A DNA stretch of 64,000 bases from an uncultured bacterium (GTDB lineage: Bacteria > UBA8481): assembly GCA_964499705.1 (NCBI GenBank), contig CAZCME010000003.1, positions 186,001-250,000 of the forward strand, given 5' to 3'. Made by a program: the position numbers and the translations under genes. The notes under the pieces were generated by a model, which was not told the origin of the DNA, made no database searches, and saw only the letters and a program-made list of their open reading frames with translations. Shown in pieces: positions 19,699 to 32,479 of the stretch (positions are counted from its first letter, which is position 1; each line of letters starts with the position of its first letter).

Positions 19699-20117
19699 CA
19701 GGCCGATCCGGATCGCTGGACGATGGTCGCGAGCGACTTGAAGTTGCCGGAGACGAACTGGGTGACGGTCTGGTAGTAGAGCGTATTCTGCGCGAGGTTC
19801 GTCATTTCCACCTCGGGATTGACGTTGTTCTTGTCGTTCCTGGCCCACGTATCGATCTCGGCGTAGGCCCGGGGCATCACCCGGCTCGCGTCGCGCTCCG
19901 GTCCCGGATCGAAATGCCCCGGCATGCTGTGATTCAGCTGCATCCGCGTCGCCGGTTCCAGCGCCCGCGCCAGTTCGCTCTGGAATGACACATCCGACCT
20001 CTTGAAGCCGGGCGTGGAGATGTTGGTGACGTTATTGGCGAGGATCGAGTGCCGGAGCATGGACGCATCCATGGCGTGCGACAGAATCTGGAGATTATCG
20101 TAGCTCTTGACCCGCAT
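19698..20117 (-). CDS. flgB: Flagellar basal-body rod protein FlgB
   Basis: ANNVTNISTPGFK, RNDKNNVN.E.EM; start 20117 (alternative 20129). Confidence 0.93.
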   Translation of the reverse strand: MRVKSYDNLQILSHAMDASMLRHSILANNVTNISTPGFKRSDVSFQSELARALEPATRMQLNHSMPGHFDPGPERDASRVMPRAYAEIDTWARNDKNNVNPEVEMTNLAQNTLYYQTVTQFVSGNFKSLATIVQRSGSA

Positions 20118-20125
20118 ATCTCCCC

Positions 20126-20153
20126 CCATCGGCCGGCTTAAGCAGGAACTTTA
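20126..20153 (-). promoter_or_regulatory. sigma28 (FliA/SigD)-type promoter for the flgB operon
   Basis: TAAA-N16-GCCGATGG. Confidence 0.65.
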
Positions 20154-20218
20154 TGATTTGTTTAGAAATAGTTGCCGGCTGGTGATTCCATGGGCTTCCC
20201 TGAAAACCGGCAAAGGCT

Positions 20219-20527
20219 TCAAACCACCTCGACGGTCCGGCTGACGATCAGGACTTCGCTCTGGCCGAAATCCTTCTGCATCTTCTTCTTGAGCTTTTCG
20301 AAAAACAGGGAGACGCGCCTGCTCTCCACGGACAGAACGCGCGCGATGATGATCTTCTCCCGGAACGTGAAAGTGCCGACTTGCCAGGTTCCTTCGTTCT
20401 GCTGCGGGAAGACCGTCAGGCCGCCGAATTCCTCGATGAGGCGTTTCTTCAAGGCGAGGATCCGCGCGTCCTCGATCCGCGAGCCGTCGTTGTAATGGAG
20501 CGGAATATAGATCTCGAATTCCTTCAT
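20219..20527 (-). CDS. Conserved hypothetical protein, possibly PII-like/DUF3574-like fold
   Basis: IPLHYNDG...FGGLT..GTW...FGQSEV pattern; co-oriented with cutA. Confidence 0.6.
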   Translation of the reverse strand: MKEFEIYIPLHYNDGSRIEDARILALKKRLIEEFGGLTVFPQQNEGTWQVGTFTFREKIIIARVLSVESRRVSLFFEKLKKKMQKDFGQSEVLIVSRTVEVV

Positions 20528-20533
20528 CGCGAG

Positions 20534-20881
20534 CTACTGCTGGGATCCGGATTGCTTCGGCGTCGTGGTCTCATCGATGATCCACTTCATATAATCCGGC
20601 CATCCCGCCTCGATGGGGATGGAGATGATTTCCGGCACATCGTAAGGATGGAGCGACTTGACGGCGCGGATGGTGTCCTCGACGCGGTCGTGCTGCGTCT
20701 TGATGATGAGGAGGACTTCCGCGTCGTCGCGGACTTCGCCCTTCCACCTGTAGATGGAACGTATCTTCGGGATGATGTTGACGCATGCCGCCAGCTTCGC
20801 GTCGAGAAGTTCCCGGGCGATCCTGGCTCCCGTGTCTTCATCGGGAACGGAGGACAAAAGTATGGAGATCTCGCCTTCCAT
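20534..20881 (-). CDS. cutA: Divalent-cation tolerance protein CutA
   Basis: LAACVN..SIYRWKG..HPYDVPEI. Confidence 0.95.
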   Translation of the reverse strand: MEGEISILLSSVPDEDTGARIARELLDAKLAACVNIIPKIRSIYRWKGEVRDDAEVLLIIKTQHDRVEDTIRAVKSLHPYDVPEIISIPIEAGWPDYMKWIIDETTTPKQSGSQQ

Positions 20882-20882
20882 C

Positions 20883-21835
20883 CTACACCTTGATGCACGC
20901 CACGCCGTTTTTAAGCTCCGGCACGACCCGGGCGCATTCGGCGTCCGCCAGCGGGCACCGCGTCCGGAAGACGCAGCCGGACGGGGGGCGCGAGGGGCTG
21001 GGCGGATCTCCCGCGAGGCGGGACCGGTTTCTCTCCCGCGTCGGATCGGGAACCGGCACGGACTCCATCAGCGCCTTCGTATAAGGATGCCGCGGATTCC
21101 GGATGACGTCGCGACCGATCTCCATGATCTTCCCCAGGTACATCACCGCGACCATGTCGCTGATGTTGGCGACGACGCCGATGTCGTGGGCGACGAAGAG
21201 ATACGTCAGGTTCCGTTCCCGCTTCAGATCCGAGAGAAGATTGATGATCTGCGCCTGGATGGAGACGTCGAGCGCGGAGACGGGTTCGTCGAGAACGACA
21301 TACTCCGGATTCAGGATGAGCGCGCGGGCGATGCCGATTCGCTGGCGCTGGCCTCCGGAGAACTGGTGCGGGTATTTCCGGAGATCGTCGCGCGAAAGCT
21401 CGACGCGCTCGAGGAGGGCTCCGACTTTCTCCGGCAGATCCGTCTTTGTCGCGAGGCCGTGGATAAGGAGAGCGTCGCCGATCAGGTCCACGACGCGCAT
21501 CCGCGGGTTCAGGCTGGAGTTCGGATCCTGGAAGACGATTTGCATCCGCGTCCTCATCCGCCTCAGCTCACGCGAGGATAGTTTCGCAAGCTCGACGCCG
21601 TCGAACGTGATGCTTCCGGATGTCGGATCCAGGAGCCGCAGGCTCGCTTTTCCCAGCGTCGTCTTTCCGGATCCCGATTCTCCGACAAGCCCCATCGTCT
21701 CGCCGCGCCTGATCTCCAGTGAGACTTCGTTGACCGCCTTGATCTTCTCCCCGCCCTTGCCGAAGAACCGGCGGGTCTCCTCGAACTCCACCCTCACATC
21801 GCGGATCGATACGAGCGACTCGCTCTTCGTTTCGC

Positions 21836-21839
<4 letters not shown>
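20883..21839 (-). CDS. oppF: Oligo/dipeptide ABC transporter ATPase (OppF/DppF type)
   Basis: GESGSGKT, FSGGQRQR, HPYT, C.F..RC tail; ATGA coupling. Confidence 0.9.
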
Positions 21840-22803
<964 letters not shown>

Positions 22804-22807
<4 letters not shown>

Positions 22808-23337
22808 GCGGAACGGCCTTTCGTTCTTTTACCCGTGGAGGAGCGGCCGAATTTCCGACGGAGCGCCTCGCTGATAAGCTCCACGGCCGCGCGCGGATCG
22901 TCGACATGAACGCGGGCGCCGCCGATGACGTCGATGAATCCGACCTCGTTCTTGAACCGAGGGACGATGTGGAGATGCACGTGATCGATCGAGGCTCCGG
23001 AGGCCTGGCCGATGTTGTATCCGATGTTGTAGCCGGACGGCTGGTAGATCTCGTCGAGGACATCCAGGAGCCTGTGCGACCACATTTCCACGGCGCGCTG
23101 TTCGGCGGGCTTGTACTGCCGCGGATCGACGACATGCCGGTTCGGGACGATCATCAGGTGGCCCGGATTGTAGGGAAAGAGATTCATCGTGATGAAGACG
23201 AATCGATCTTCCGCGAGAATGAGCCTTTCCACGGCCGGGTTCTTCTGCCGCACCGCGCAGAGGATGCATTCGACCCGCGGCCGCTCGCCGCGGACGTATT
23301 TCCGCTTGGCGGGAACGAAGAGAAGATTCCGGTTCAT
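22804..23337 (-). CDS. HIT-family hydrolase (Ap4A phosphorylase-like)
   Basis: CILC, NLFPYNPGHLM, HVHLHIV; start reassigned to ATG 23337. Confidence 0.9.
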
Positions 23338-24485
23338 GCAGACAGGGCGTCCGCCAGCCTGTCGAAGTCGCGCGCGTTGTTGTAGAAATGCGGGCTGATC
23401 CGGAGCCGTCCTCCGCGAACGGCCGCCTCGACTCTCGCGGTCCTGAGCTTCGCGTGTGCCTCCCGGACATCCGGCGCGCCGGGCCCGCTCGTGAACGAGA
23501 GGATGCCGCTTTTTTCGCCCTGGGCGCGCGAACTGTAGAGCTTGAACCCGGAGGATTCCATCCTCGCGATGACCGCGTCGCAATTCCCATGGATGAGCGC
23601 GGCGGTCGGAGAGGGATTGTCCCACAGCGGAGCGAAGAGCTCGAGCGCTTCCCGCGTGCCGATGAGGCCGAGGAGATTCTCCGTGGAGAATTCGAACCGG
23701 GAGGCGTCGGGCTTGAAGCGGAAGTTGTAGTCGAGATAGTCCGCGCTCGGCGTCATGCCGTCGGATCCGACGAAGGGAGGCGCGATCGATTCGAGATGTT
23801 TCGACGCGATATAGAATCCGCCCATGCCCAGTGGCCCCATCAGCCACTTCCACGTGGGCCATGCCGCCGCGTCGACGCGCGACAAGTTGACCGGGATCGA
23901 TCCGATCGATTGGGCGATGTCGAGAAAGAGAAAAATTCCCCGGGACGAACAGAGCGCGGCGAGCCGATCGATGTCGAAGGCGAAGCCAGACGCGAACTCC
24001 ACGTGGCTGATCGCCATCATCCGCGTCCTGCCGGTGATGGCGCGTTCGAGCTCGTCGTAGTCGACGCGCCCGTCGCGCTCGGGAACCGTGTCGATCTCCA
24101 CGCCGCGGCTCTTCACGTTCCACCAGGGATAGACGTTGGAAGGATACTCCACGGAGATGGTGAGGATCCTGTCTCCCTTCTGCCACGGGAATCCCTGCGC
24201 GATCGTGTTGACGCCTTCGGCGGTGTTTTTCGTCACGGCGATTTCGGAAGGATGGACGGAGAGCATGCGCGCGTAGAGCTCGCGGATGCGGGCGCGGTCG
24301 GAGGCGACCGTGGCGAGCGCGTCGATGGGGAGCGCATGAGCGCGGAGCGATTCGAATTGTGGAATCGACTCCGACAGGGGTTGCGGACCGATCCCGGCAT
24401 GATTAAGGGCGACGCCGGATTGCAGGAGCGGCAGCCTGGAGCGCACGCGTTCCACAATTTCCGGCAATGACGACACGGCTTCCAT
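23334..24485 (-). CDS. PLP-dependent aminotransferase class V (C-S lyase-like)
   Basis: [24 protein letters not shown]; no persulfide-forming Cys loop. Confidence 0.85.
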   Translation of the reverse strand: MEAVSSLPEIVERVRSRLPLLQSGVALNHAGIGPQPLSESIPQFESLRAHALPIDALATVASDRARIRELYARMLSVHPSEIAVTKNTAEGVNTIAQGFPWQKGDRILTISVEYPSNVYPWWNVKSRGVEIDTVPERDGRVDYDELERAITGRTRMMAISHVEFASGFAFDIDRLAALCSSRGIFLFLDIAQSIGSIPVNLSRVDAAAWPTWKWLMGPLGMGGFYIASKHLESIAPPFVGSDGMTPSADYLDYNFRFKPDASRFEFSTENLLGLIGTREALELFAPLWDNPSPTAALIHGNCDAVIARMESSGFKLYSSRAQGEKSGILSFTSGPGAPDVREAHAKLRTARVEAAVRGGRLRISPHFYNNARDFDRLADALSA

Positions 24486-24597
24486 CGGATGCATTCAGGG
24501 TAATCGGGGACGTTACGGATTGCAAGGCGTGGCATCCGTGTATAAACTGCGACCGAGTTGTGATCACGCCGCATCGAGGCGCGCCCGGGAGGAACCA

Positions 24598-25539
24598 TTG
24601 AAGATCGCCAATGACATTACGGAGCTCGTCGGCTCGACACCGCTCGTGCGGCTGAACCGCGTGACTGCGGATTGCGTCGCGCGGGTCGTCGCCAAGCTCG
24701 AAAGTTTCAATCCCATGTCGAGCGTGAAGGACCGGATCGGCCTGGCGATGATCAACGCGGCCGAGAAGAGCGGAAAGCTGAAGAAAACCACGACGATCGT
24801 GGAGCCGACTTCCGGCAACACCGGCATCGCGCTCGCCTTTGTCGCGGCGGCTCGCGGATACAAACTGATCCTCACGATGCCGGAATCGATGAGCATGGAA
24901 CGGCGCATCCTGTTGAAGGCGCTGGGCGCCGATCTCGTGCTGACGCCCGAGGGGGAAGGGATGAACGGAGCCATCTCCAAGGCGAATGCTCTTGTCGCGG
25001 AAATCTCCGACTCGTTCATGCCCCAGCAGTTCAAGAATCCCGCCAATCCCGAGATCCACAGGAAAACGACCGCCGAGGAGATCTGGAACGATACGGACGG
25101 AGCGGTCGATATCCTTGTATCGGGAGTCGGCACCGGAGGAACGATCACGGGCGTCGCGGAAGTGTTGAAGGCGAGGAAGCCGTTCTTCCGCGCGATCGCC
25201 GTGGAGCCGGCGGAGTCTCCGGTCCTGTCGGGAGAGAAACCGGGCCGCCACAAGATCCAGGGCATCGGCGCGGGATTCGTGCCGGATGTGGTCAACACGA
25301 AGATCATCGACGAGATCGTCAAGGTGAAGTCGGAAGAAGCGGGAGCCATGACGCTGCGGCTGGCGAAGGAGGAAGGTATCTTCGCCGGCATTTCATCGGG
25401 CGCGGCGGTGACCGCGGCGGTCCAGGTGGCCCGCCGGCCGGAGAACAAGGACAAGCTGATCGTCGTGGTGCTTCCCGATACCGGCGAACGGTATCTCTCC
25501 ACATGGCTGTACCAGAGTACGCGTGAAGAAATCCAGTAA
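24598..25539 (+). CDS. cysK: Cysteine synthase A
   Basis: SVKDRIG, PTSGNTG, GVGTGGT, HKIQGIG; GGAGG SD with TTG 24598. Confidence 0.96.
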   Translation: MKIANDITELVGSTPLVRLNRVTADCVARVVAKLESFNPMSSVKDRIGLAMINAAEKSGKLKKTTTIVEPTSGNTGIALAFVAAARGYKLILTMPESMSMERRILLKALGADLVLTPEGEGMNGAISKANALVAEISDSFMPQQFKNPANPEIHRKTTAEEIWNDTDGAVDILVSGVGTGGTITGVAEVLKARKPFFRAIAVEPAESPVLSGEKPGRHKIQGIGAGFVPDVVNTKIIDEIVKVKSEEAGAMTLRLAKEEGIFAGISSGAAVTAAVQVARRPENKDKLIVVVLPDTGERYLSTWLYQSTREEIQ

Positions 25540-26761
25540 GGGAAAAGGTTCCACGCGTCGGGGTGCCTCGCGCCGGGGCGCGCGAAGTCTTTCCCGCCAT
25601 CCCTCGACGCTTTCCGTCCACGCGGGGGAGCGGGGCCGGAAGATCGGCGATTCCGTAGCCACGCCCATCTACCAGACCGCGACATACTGCTTCGAGACAT
25701 CCGGGGAAGTGCGGGATTACCACGAAGCATCCATAAAGACGCGCTACGAGTACGGTCGATACGGTTCTCCGACACAGCTGGTTCTCGAGCAGAAGCTGAT
25801 GGAACTCTTCGGCGCGGAGGACGCGCTGGTCACATCGTCGGGCATGTCCGCGATCACTGATACGCTGCTGGCGCTCCTGAAATCCGGCGACGAGCTCATC
25901 ATGACATCCGAGTGCTACCGCCGGACGCGCGCCTTCTGCGAGAAAGTGCTCGTGAAGTACGGCGTGAAGATCACGTTCGTCGAACCGAGGGCGGAAGCGA
26001 TCATCAGGGCCATTTCCGCGAGGACGCGGGCGGTCTTCGTGGAGATTCCCACGAACCCGCACCTGTACTGCCCGGATATTCCGAAGATCGCGGAGGCGAC
26101 GCGCCGCAAGGGAATCCCGCTCCTCGTCGACCCCACGATCGCCGCGCCGTTCAACTGCGATCCCTTCGCCCTCGGCGCCGATCTCGTCATTCTCTCCCTG
26201 ACGAAATACCTGGCCGGCCACAACGACGTCATCGGAGGCGCGGTTCTCGGCGCGCGGAAGAGGCTGGCGCCGGTCCGTGAAATTCACGGCACGGCGGGAA
26301 CGCTTCTTCCACCCCAGTCCATCTACCTCATTCTTCGCGGCATGAAGACGCTCGCGCTGCGCGTCCAGAAGCAGAATCACAACGCGGAGACGATCGCGGA
26401 TTTTCTCTCGGGGCATCCCCAGGTAAGACAGGTGTATTACCCGGGGCTGCCGTCGCATCCGGACCACGATGTGGCGACGCGGCTCCTGAAGGGATACGGG
26501 TGCCTCGTGTCCTTCCGCGCAAGATCGGATCTGAAGGGCGTCGAGCGGTTTCTCGACCGGCTGGAGCTTTTTCGGATCGCGCCGTCCCTGGGCGGCGTGG
26601 AAAGCCTCATCGAAAGCGTGACGACGATGTCGTTCTGGGACAAGACGAAGAGCGAGCGATTGAAGCTCGGCATCCATGACGATCTCGTCCGGCTCTCGCT
26701 GGGCATCGAGGATTCGGAAGACCTCGTCGAAGATCTCGCGCGGGCGTTTCATAGCTTGTAA
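25523..26761 (+). CDS. metB: Cystathionine gamma-synthase family PLP enzyme
   Basis: [31 protein letters not shown]. Confidence 0.82.
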   Translation: MKKSSKGKGSTRRGASRRGARSLSRHPSTLSVHAGERGRKIGDSVATPIYQTATYCFETSGEVRDYHEASIKTRYEYGRYGSPTQLVLEQKLMELFGAEDALVTSSGMSAITDTLLALLKSGDELIMTSECYRRTRAFCEKVLVKYGVKITFVEPRAEAIIRAISARTRAVFVEIPTNPHLYCPDIPKIAEATRRKGIPLLVDPTIAAPFNCDPFALGADLVILSLTKYLAGHNDVIGGAVLGARKRLAPVREIHGTAGTLLPPQSIYLILRGMKTLALRVQKQNHNAETIADFLSGHPQVRQVYYPGLPSHPDHDVATRLLKGYGCLVSFRARSDLKGVERFLDRLELFRIAPSLGGVESLIESVTTMSFWDKTKSERLKLGIHDDLVRLSLGIEDSEDLVEDLARAFHSL

Positions 26762-26780
26762 TCGGTTCCTTTCTGAAATC

Positions 26781-27830
26781 ATGAGCGACTCGCACTGCTC
26801 CTACTGGCGCGCCGTCCGGGGCGAGGAGATTCCTTCGCCGGAATGGCCGTCGATCATCGCTCGGGCCGAGAAGGAAGGGATGATCGGATACCTCGCTTCG
26901 CGGCATCCCGGGATTCCCGACCGCAATTCCCGCAGGCATCAATCGGCGGCCCATAACCTCGCGCATGTATCCCTGTACCGAAAAGTGCGCGCGGCACTCG
27001 ATCCGCTCGGCATTCCCTGGGTCGTTCTGAAGGGCATCGCGCTCGGGCTGTCTCTTTACCAGGATCCCGTGGAAAGGTCGTGCGGGGACCTGGATGTTCT
27101 CGTGAAGCCGAAGGACGAAGAGATGGCCGCGCGGGCTCTATCGGCCGCCGGCTTCGCCCGGACGCCGCATCACCGCGAGCTATACGCCGGCCCCGAGGGC
27201 AACATTGATCTCCATACGGCGTTTCTGAATGTCGATCGCATCCGTTCGCGGGGACGCGTCCTGATCGATCCGCCCGACTGGTCCGAGCGCATCCGCCGAG
27301 TCGGAGCGCCCCCGGATGACGTGCCAGCGCTCCACGAGGAGGATCTGGCGCGGTATCTGACGGTGCACCTCGTTCACCATCACGGATGCGTCGGCACGAA
27401 GTGGCTTGTCGATCTCGCGCAGTTGCTGCGCCGCCGCGAAGACCTGGCAGGAGTTGTGAGAAAATCAAGCCGAAGCGGACCCGTCGTGCAAGAGATCCTG
27501 GACGCGCTGATCAAGCCGCGCGGTGCGCGGAGCGAGGTGAAGGCGCGGGAATCAGCACCACCCGCCGCGATCGATCGCATCGTATTGCGGGCCGCTTATG
27601 AAGGAAGCGAGATACCGGGACTTCGGTTCATCCTGACACTGCGGGACATGCCGCGCGCGCAGGATAAGGCCGCCTTCCTGAAGGAGACACTGCTGCCGAA
27701 AAGGGATGTCATGGTTTCGGCCGGGTACAAGTCCCGGCGCGATCCGGTCGTGACGCACCTGAAGAATCTTGCGGCCACCGTCAGCGGGCTCGTGGGAACA
27801 TATCGCCGTTCCGGCCGAAGCGCGCTATAA
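26781..27830 (+). CDS. NTP_transf_5-family nucleotidyltransferase
   Basis: LKG..L...Y....R...DLDVLV, IDLH, WLVDL. Confidence 0.85.
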   Translation: MSDSHCSYWRAVRGEEIPSPEWPSIIARAEKEGMIGYLASRHPGIPDRNSRRHQSAAHNLAHVSLYRKVRAALDPLGIPWVVLKGIALGLSLYQDPVERSCGDLDVLVKPKDEEMAARALSAAGFARTPHHRELYAGPEGNIDLHTAFLNVDRIRSRGRVLIDPPDWSERIRRVGAPPDDVPALHEEDLARYLTVHLVHHHGCVGTKWLVDLAQLLRRREDLAGVVRKSSRSGPVVQEILDALIKPRGARSEVKARESAPPAAIDRIVLRAAYEGSEIPGLRFILTLRDMPRAQDKAAFLKETLLPKRDVMVSAGYKSRRDPVVTHLKNLAATVSGLVGTYRRSGRSAL

Positions 27831-27839
27831 TGTCTCGAC

Positions 27840-28505
27840 GTGAGGAATGAAACCTTGATCGGCATATCGCCGTCGTCATGCGGAGTGGGCCGTTTCGCAA
27901 TGGGACTTCTCGTCGCGACGCTTGGAGTCACCCTGGCATCCTGCATCCGGCAGGATCGTCGCGAGCCGGAGGCCTTGTCCTCGATGAGGTGCGGGTCGGC
28001 CGAGGAACGGCTCGAATGCAAGACGGATCCTTCGGAGTGCGTCTGCGAAGCCTTCGGCGATTGCGAGATGAGAAACTGCCTTGCGATGGGCGAAGTGGTC
28101 GCCGCCCAGCGGGCGCAGGCTCCGCCTCCTCCGGCCATGACCGCTGTCGAATCGGAAGAAGCTCCGGTGCGCGCACCCGCTCCGCCGCCCACCCCGGCTC
28201 CGTCGCCGGTCGCCGCCGCGCTGTCCGTTCCTGCCGCCGATGCACCGGCTCCGAAATCCTGCCGGGACGCGAACGACCTGGAGCAATGCAGCCAGGAATC
28301 GTACTACTGTCCCTGCGAAGCGTACGGCGATTGCGGCAAGGATCATTGCGTGGAACCGCGCGTGAAGCCCCGCGAAGCCGCGCACCAGTGCCGGAGCGAT
28401 GACGACAAGGACCTGTGCCGTACCGATTCCCGAACCTGCCCGTGCTCCGTGTCCGGTCTCTGTGGCATGCCGGAGTGCGCCGAGAATCCTGGAAATTCCA
28501 ACTAA
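27840..28505 (+). CDS. Cys-rich repeat lipoprotein with Pro/Ala linker
   Basis: Lipobox LASC; three Cx8Cx6CxCx5Cx4C units; TATAAT 8 nt upstream. Confidence 0.75.
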   Translation: MRNETLIGISPSSCGVGRFAMGLLVATLGVTLASCIRQDRREPEALSSMRCGSAEERLECKTDPSECVCEAFGDCEMRNCLAMGEVVAAQRAQAPPPPAMTAVESEEAPVRAPAPPPTPAPSPVAAALSVPAADAPAPKSCRDANDLEQCSQESYYCPCEAYGDCGKDHCVEPRVKPREAAHQCRSDDDKDLCRTDSRTCPCSVSGLCGMPECAENPGNSN

Positions 28506-28563
28506 ATCCGAAATTCTGAAATCATCCTTCCGATGCCGATGTTGGGATTCGGGTTTCAGGATT

Positions 28564-29991
<1,428 letters not shown>

Positions 29992-30103
29992 GCACTTTTT
30001 TGGATATTCCTCGATTTTTCTTCCGCCACTTCCTCTTCGTCCTCGCGAGCGGATTCCGCTTCAGTTCCGCCCGGCTATTCTCGAAATACTGGATTAACGG
30101 CAC

Positions 30104-31021
30104 GTGAAAAACCCTCTTCAGCGAAGTTCATGGCTTCCGGCGGTCTGCGGACTGGGGCTTCTGGTTTTCGCTTTCGCGCTCGGCGTGGCGGCGAACGATG
30201 TCGTGGCGTATCCTGTCGAGAATTCCTCCCCGGCGCCGCTCGCCTCCCCACGCATCATCATCAATATTCCGGAACGCGTGCTGCGGATTTATCGCGTCGA
30301 CGGAGCGATCGACGATTTCACGCCGGCCGAAATGGAAATGCCGATCGCCATCGGACAGCGGGCGTGGCCGACCCCGGAGATGGAATCGGTCATGCAAGAA
30401 AAGACGACCCGCCCCGCATGGCATGCTCCTCGCGTCTCCTGGGCCGGCGAACATGCGGGACAGATCGTGCCGTTCGATTCCGGAGCGAATCCTTTCCGCG
30501 TGAGGAATTCCAGGGGAAACGTCGAAGGATATTTTCTTTCCATCGGATCGAATGGGATCGGGCTTCACTCCACGAGCGAGCGCCGAAGCATAGGCAAGCT
30601 GGCCAGCCACGGGTGCATCCGCATGCGATTGGATGACGTCCGGCTTCTGTATCGAACGATCCCGATCGGCACGCCCGTGTCGATCGTCTACCATCTTCAT
30701 CGCCTCGCACCCGGCGAAACATCGATCAATCTTCGTTCCTTTGCGGATGTGTACCGAAAATACAATGCGAAGGAACGCGCGGCGCATCTCGCCGAGCATC
30801 TCCAGCGGCATGGACTTGATCCGGGAATCTTGACCGCGGGGATTTTCGACGAAGCGGCCCGAGGAAAAAATGTCAGGTTGAATTTTTCTTCCGGAGAATT
30901 ATCAGGAAGTCCGGAAGGAAACGGAGCAGTGGACAACGGAGCCCGGATGAGAGGGATTTCGGATGCCAGTCTACAAAATGTATGCAGACAATTGGCGCGA
31001 AAAGTCGATCAAATTCCATAG
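30104..31021 (+). CDS. L,D-transpeptidase (YkuD family)
   Basis: Signal peptide; IGLHST...ASHGCIRM. Confidence 0.9.
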   Translation: MKNPLQRSSWLPAVCGLGLLVFAFALGVAANDVVAYPVENSSPAPLASPRIIINIPERVLRIYRVDGAIDDFTPAEMEMPIAIGQRAWPTPEMESVMQEKTTRPAWHAPRVSWAGEHAGQIVPFDSGANPFRVRNSRGNVEGYFLSIGSNGIGLHSTSERRSIGKLASHGCIRMRLDDVRLLYRTIPIGTPVSIVYHLHRLAPGETSINLRSFADVYRKYNAKERAAHLAEHLQRHGLDPGILTAGIFDEAARGKNVRLNFSSGELSGSPEGNGAVDNGARMRGISDASLQNVCRQLARKVDQIP

Positions 31022-31121
31022 ATTCCACCGAAGATATGCCCTATAACTGTAATAAAATGAATGATATGAAACCGAGGCGGATTTGCGCCGTTGCAGAAGA
31101 TATTTTTTCTGAAAAATATTG

Positions 31122-31150
31122 TTGCATCGATGCGACCGTACGTGCATAAT
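31122..31150 (+). promoter_or_regulatory. sigma70-type promoter
   Basis: TTGCAT-17-CATAAT with AT-rich upstream region. Confidence 0.55.
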
Positions 31151-31156
31151 CTTCTT

Positions 31157-31243
31157 AATCAAATAAGAGATCTACGCCCGGCTGATTCGCGTGGCAAAAC
31201 CTGCCCCCCCTCAGGTGCCCCAATCGCCGGGCGTTAATTTTTT
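31157..31243 (+). ncRNA. Candidate small RNA or structured leader (~85 nt)
   Basis: Long stem ACGCCCGGC...GCCGGGCGT with C7 apical loop, followed by a T run. Confidence 0.4.
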
Positions 31244-31444
31244 AAGCCGTGCTTCGAATCACATTTCCATACATATGAATTATTTCCCCATCGATTCAAT
31301 TTCCTGTGTATCTGTCGATATTTTTCCAGGCTTCGTCGACGGAAGAGGAACCTGACGCTCGAGGGCGACGCCGTTCCGGATATTCCTGTCATGGTCCGGT
31401 GTCGACTACCCGCGACGCGTCCTTCTGTGATACAGTGCGGAGTC

Positions 31445-32038
31445 ATGGAAACGCTCGTTCTCAACAGAAACTTTTACGCGATCCAGATCACGGACTGGAG
31501 ACGTGCGCTTTCGCTCGTGTACGCCGATCACGCGATGGTCGTCGACGAGGAATATCGCGCGTACGATTTCGAATCGTGGAAGGATCTCTCCGCGGGCATG
31601 CAGAAGAATCCTCAAGGGTTCGTGCGCACTCCTTCCTTCCGCATCGCCATCCCGGATGTCATTTCGCTTCGCGCCTACGACAAGCTCCCGCCCGCCCAGG
31701 TTAAGTTCACCCGCCGGAACATCTACGAGCACTACGGGTATCGCTGCTGCTATTGCGGAGACCGGTTCAGAACCGAGATGCTGAATCTCGAGCACATCGT
31801 TCCGCGGAGCCGGGGCGGAAAATCCGACTGGGAGAATGTCGTGACGGCCTGCGTGCCGTGCAATACACGGAAAGCGAACCGGCTTCCCCAGGAAGCGGGC
31901 ATGAAGCTGCTCATCAAGCCGGAGAAACCGCAATGGAAGGGCCCGGGTTCGCTCCTGTTCCGCCCCGGGATCGAGATCAAGGAATCCTGGCAGAAGTTCG
32001 TCGACTCCTTCTACTGGAACGGAGAACTGAAGGCCTGA
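31445..32038 (+). CDS. HNH endonuclease (McrA-like)
   Basis: TLVLN, CCYCG, EHIVPRSRGG..WENVVTAC..CN..K. Confidence 0.92.
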   Translation: METLVLNRNFYAIQITDWRRALSLVYADHAMVVDEEYRAYDFESWKDLSAGMQKNPQGFVRTPSFRIAIPDVISLRAYDKLPPAQVKFTRRNIYEHYGYRCCYCGDRFRTEMLNLEHIVPRSRGGKSDWENVVTACVPCNTRKANRLPQEAGMKLLIKPEKPQWKGPGSLLFRPGIEIKESWQKFVDSFYWNGELKA

Positions 32039-32412
32039 GAATTCCCCGCCGCCTTGTGGACGAAATGATCGCGGCGGCGCGGTCCGCCCGGCCTCGGGAA
32101 GCGGTGGGCATCATCGCGGGAAACAATCCCGATCCGCTCCGATTCATTCCGCTCCTGAACCTGGCCGCCGAAGAGGGATCGTTCCGAATCGACGAAGCTG
32201 AGTTCGCGCGCCTTGCTCGGTCTGTTCGAATCCAGGCTTTTTTTCATTCGCATCCCACGGACATCGCCGCTCCGTCGACGCTCGACATCGCCGGAGCGCG
32301 TGACTGGCCCGACGCGCTGCATTTCATCTACGCCTTTCAACCGGAGGAATGCCTGAAGTGCTGGCGGATCTTCGACGGCCAGGTGATGCCGGAGCCGATC
32401 GAGATCGAATAG
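32035..32412 (+). CDS. JAB/MPN (Mov34, Mec-like) metallopeptidase
   Basis: P.EAVG, FHSHP...PS..D motif; start uncertain (CTG 32035, or GTG/ATG at 32056-32065). Confidence 0.82.
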   Translation: MRIPRRLVDEMIAAARSARPREAVGIIAGNNPDPLRFIPLLNLAAEEGSFRIDEAEFARLARSVRIQAFFHSHPTDIAAPSTLDIAGARDWPDALHFIYAFQPEECLKCWRIFDGQVMPEPIEIE

Positions 32413-32479
32413 AGAAGTTTGGGATTCATGACGGCCCGAAATCCCATATGATGCCGCAACCCGACGAGGAGGATGAGAG

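Noticed and set aside
23334-24485. Cysteine desulfurase (iscS/sufS)
   Set aside because: Lacks the catalytic Cys loop (SACxS or RxGHHCA).
31190-31220. c-di-GMP-I riboswitch (GGCAAAAC)
   Set aside because: No GNRA tetraloop or second GCAAA/P3 element.
31445-32412. CBASS/Bil-type defence system (HNH + JAB)
   Set aside because: No CD-NTase, E1/E2 or ubiquitin-like gene adjacent; the context is housekeeping.
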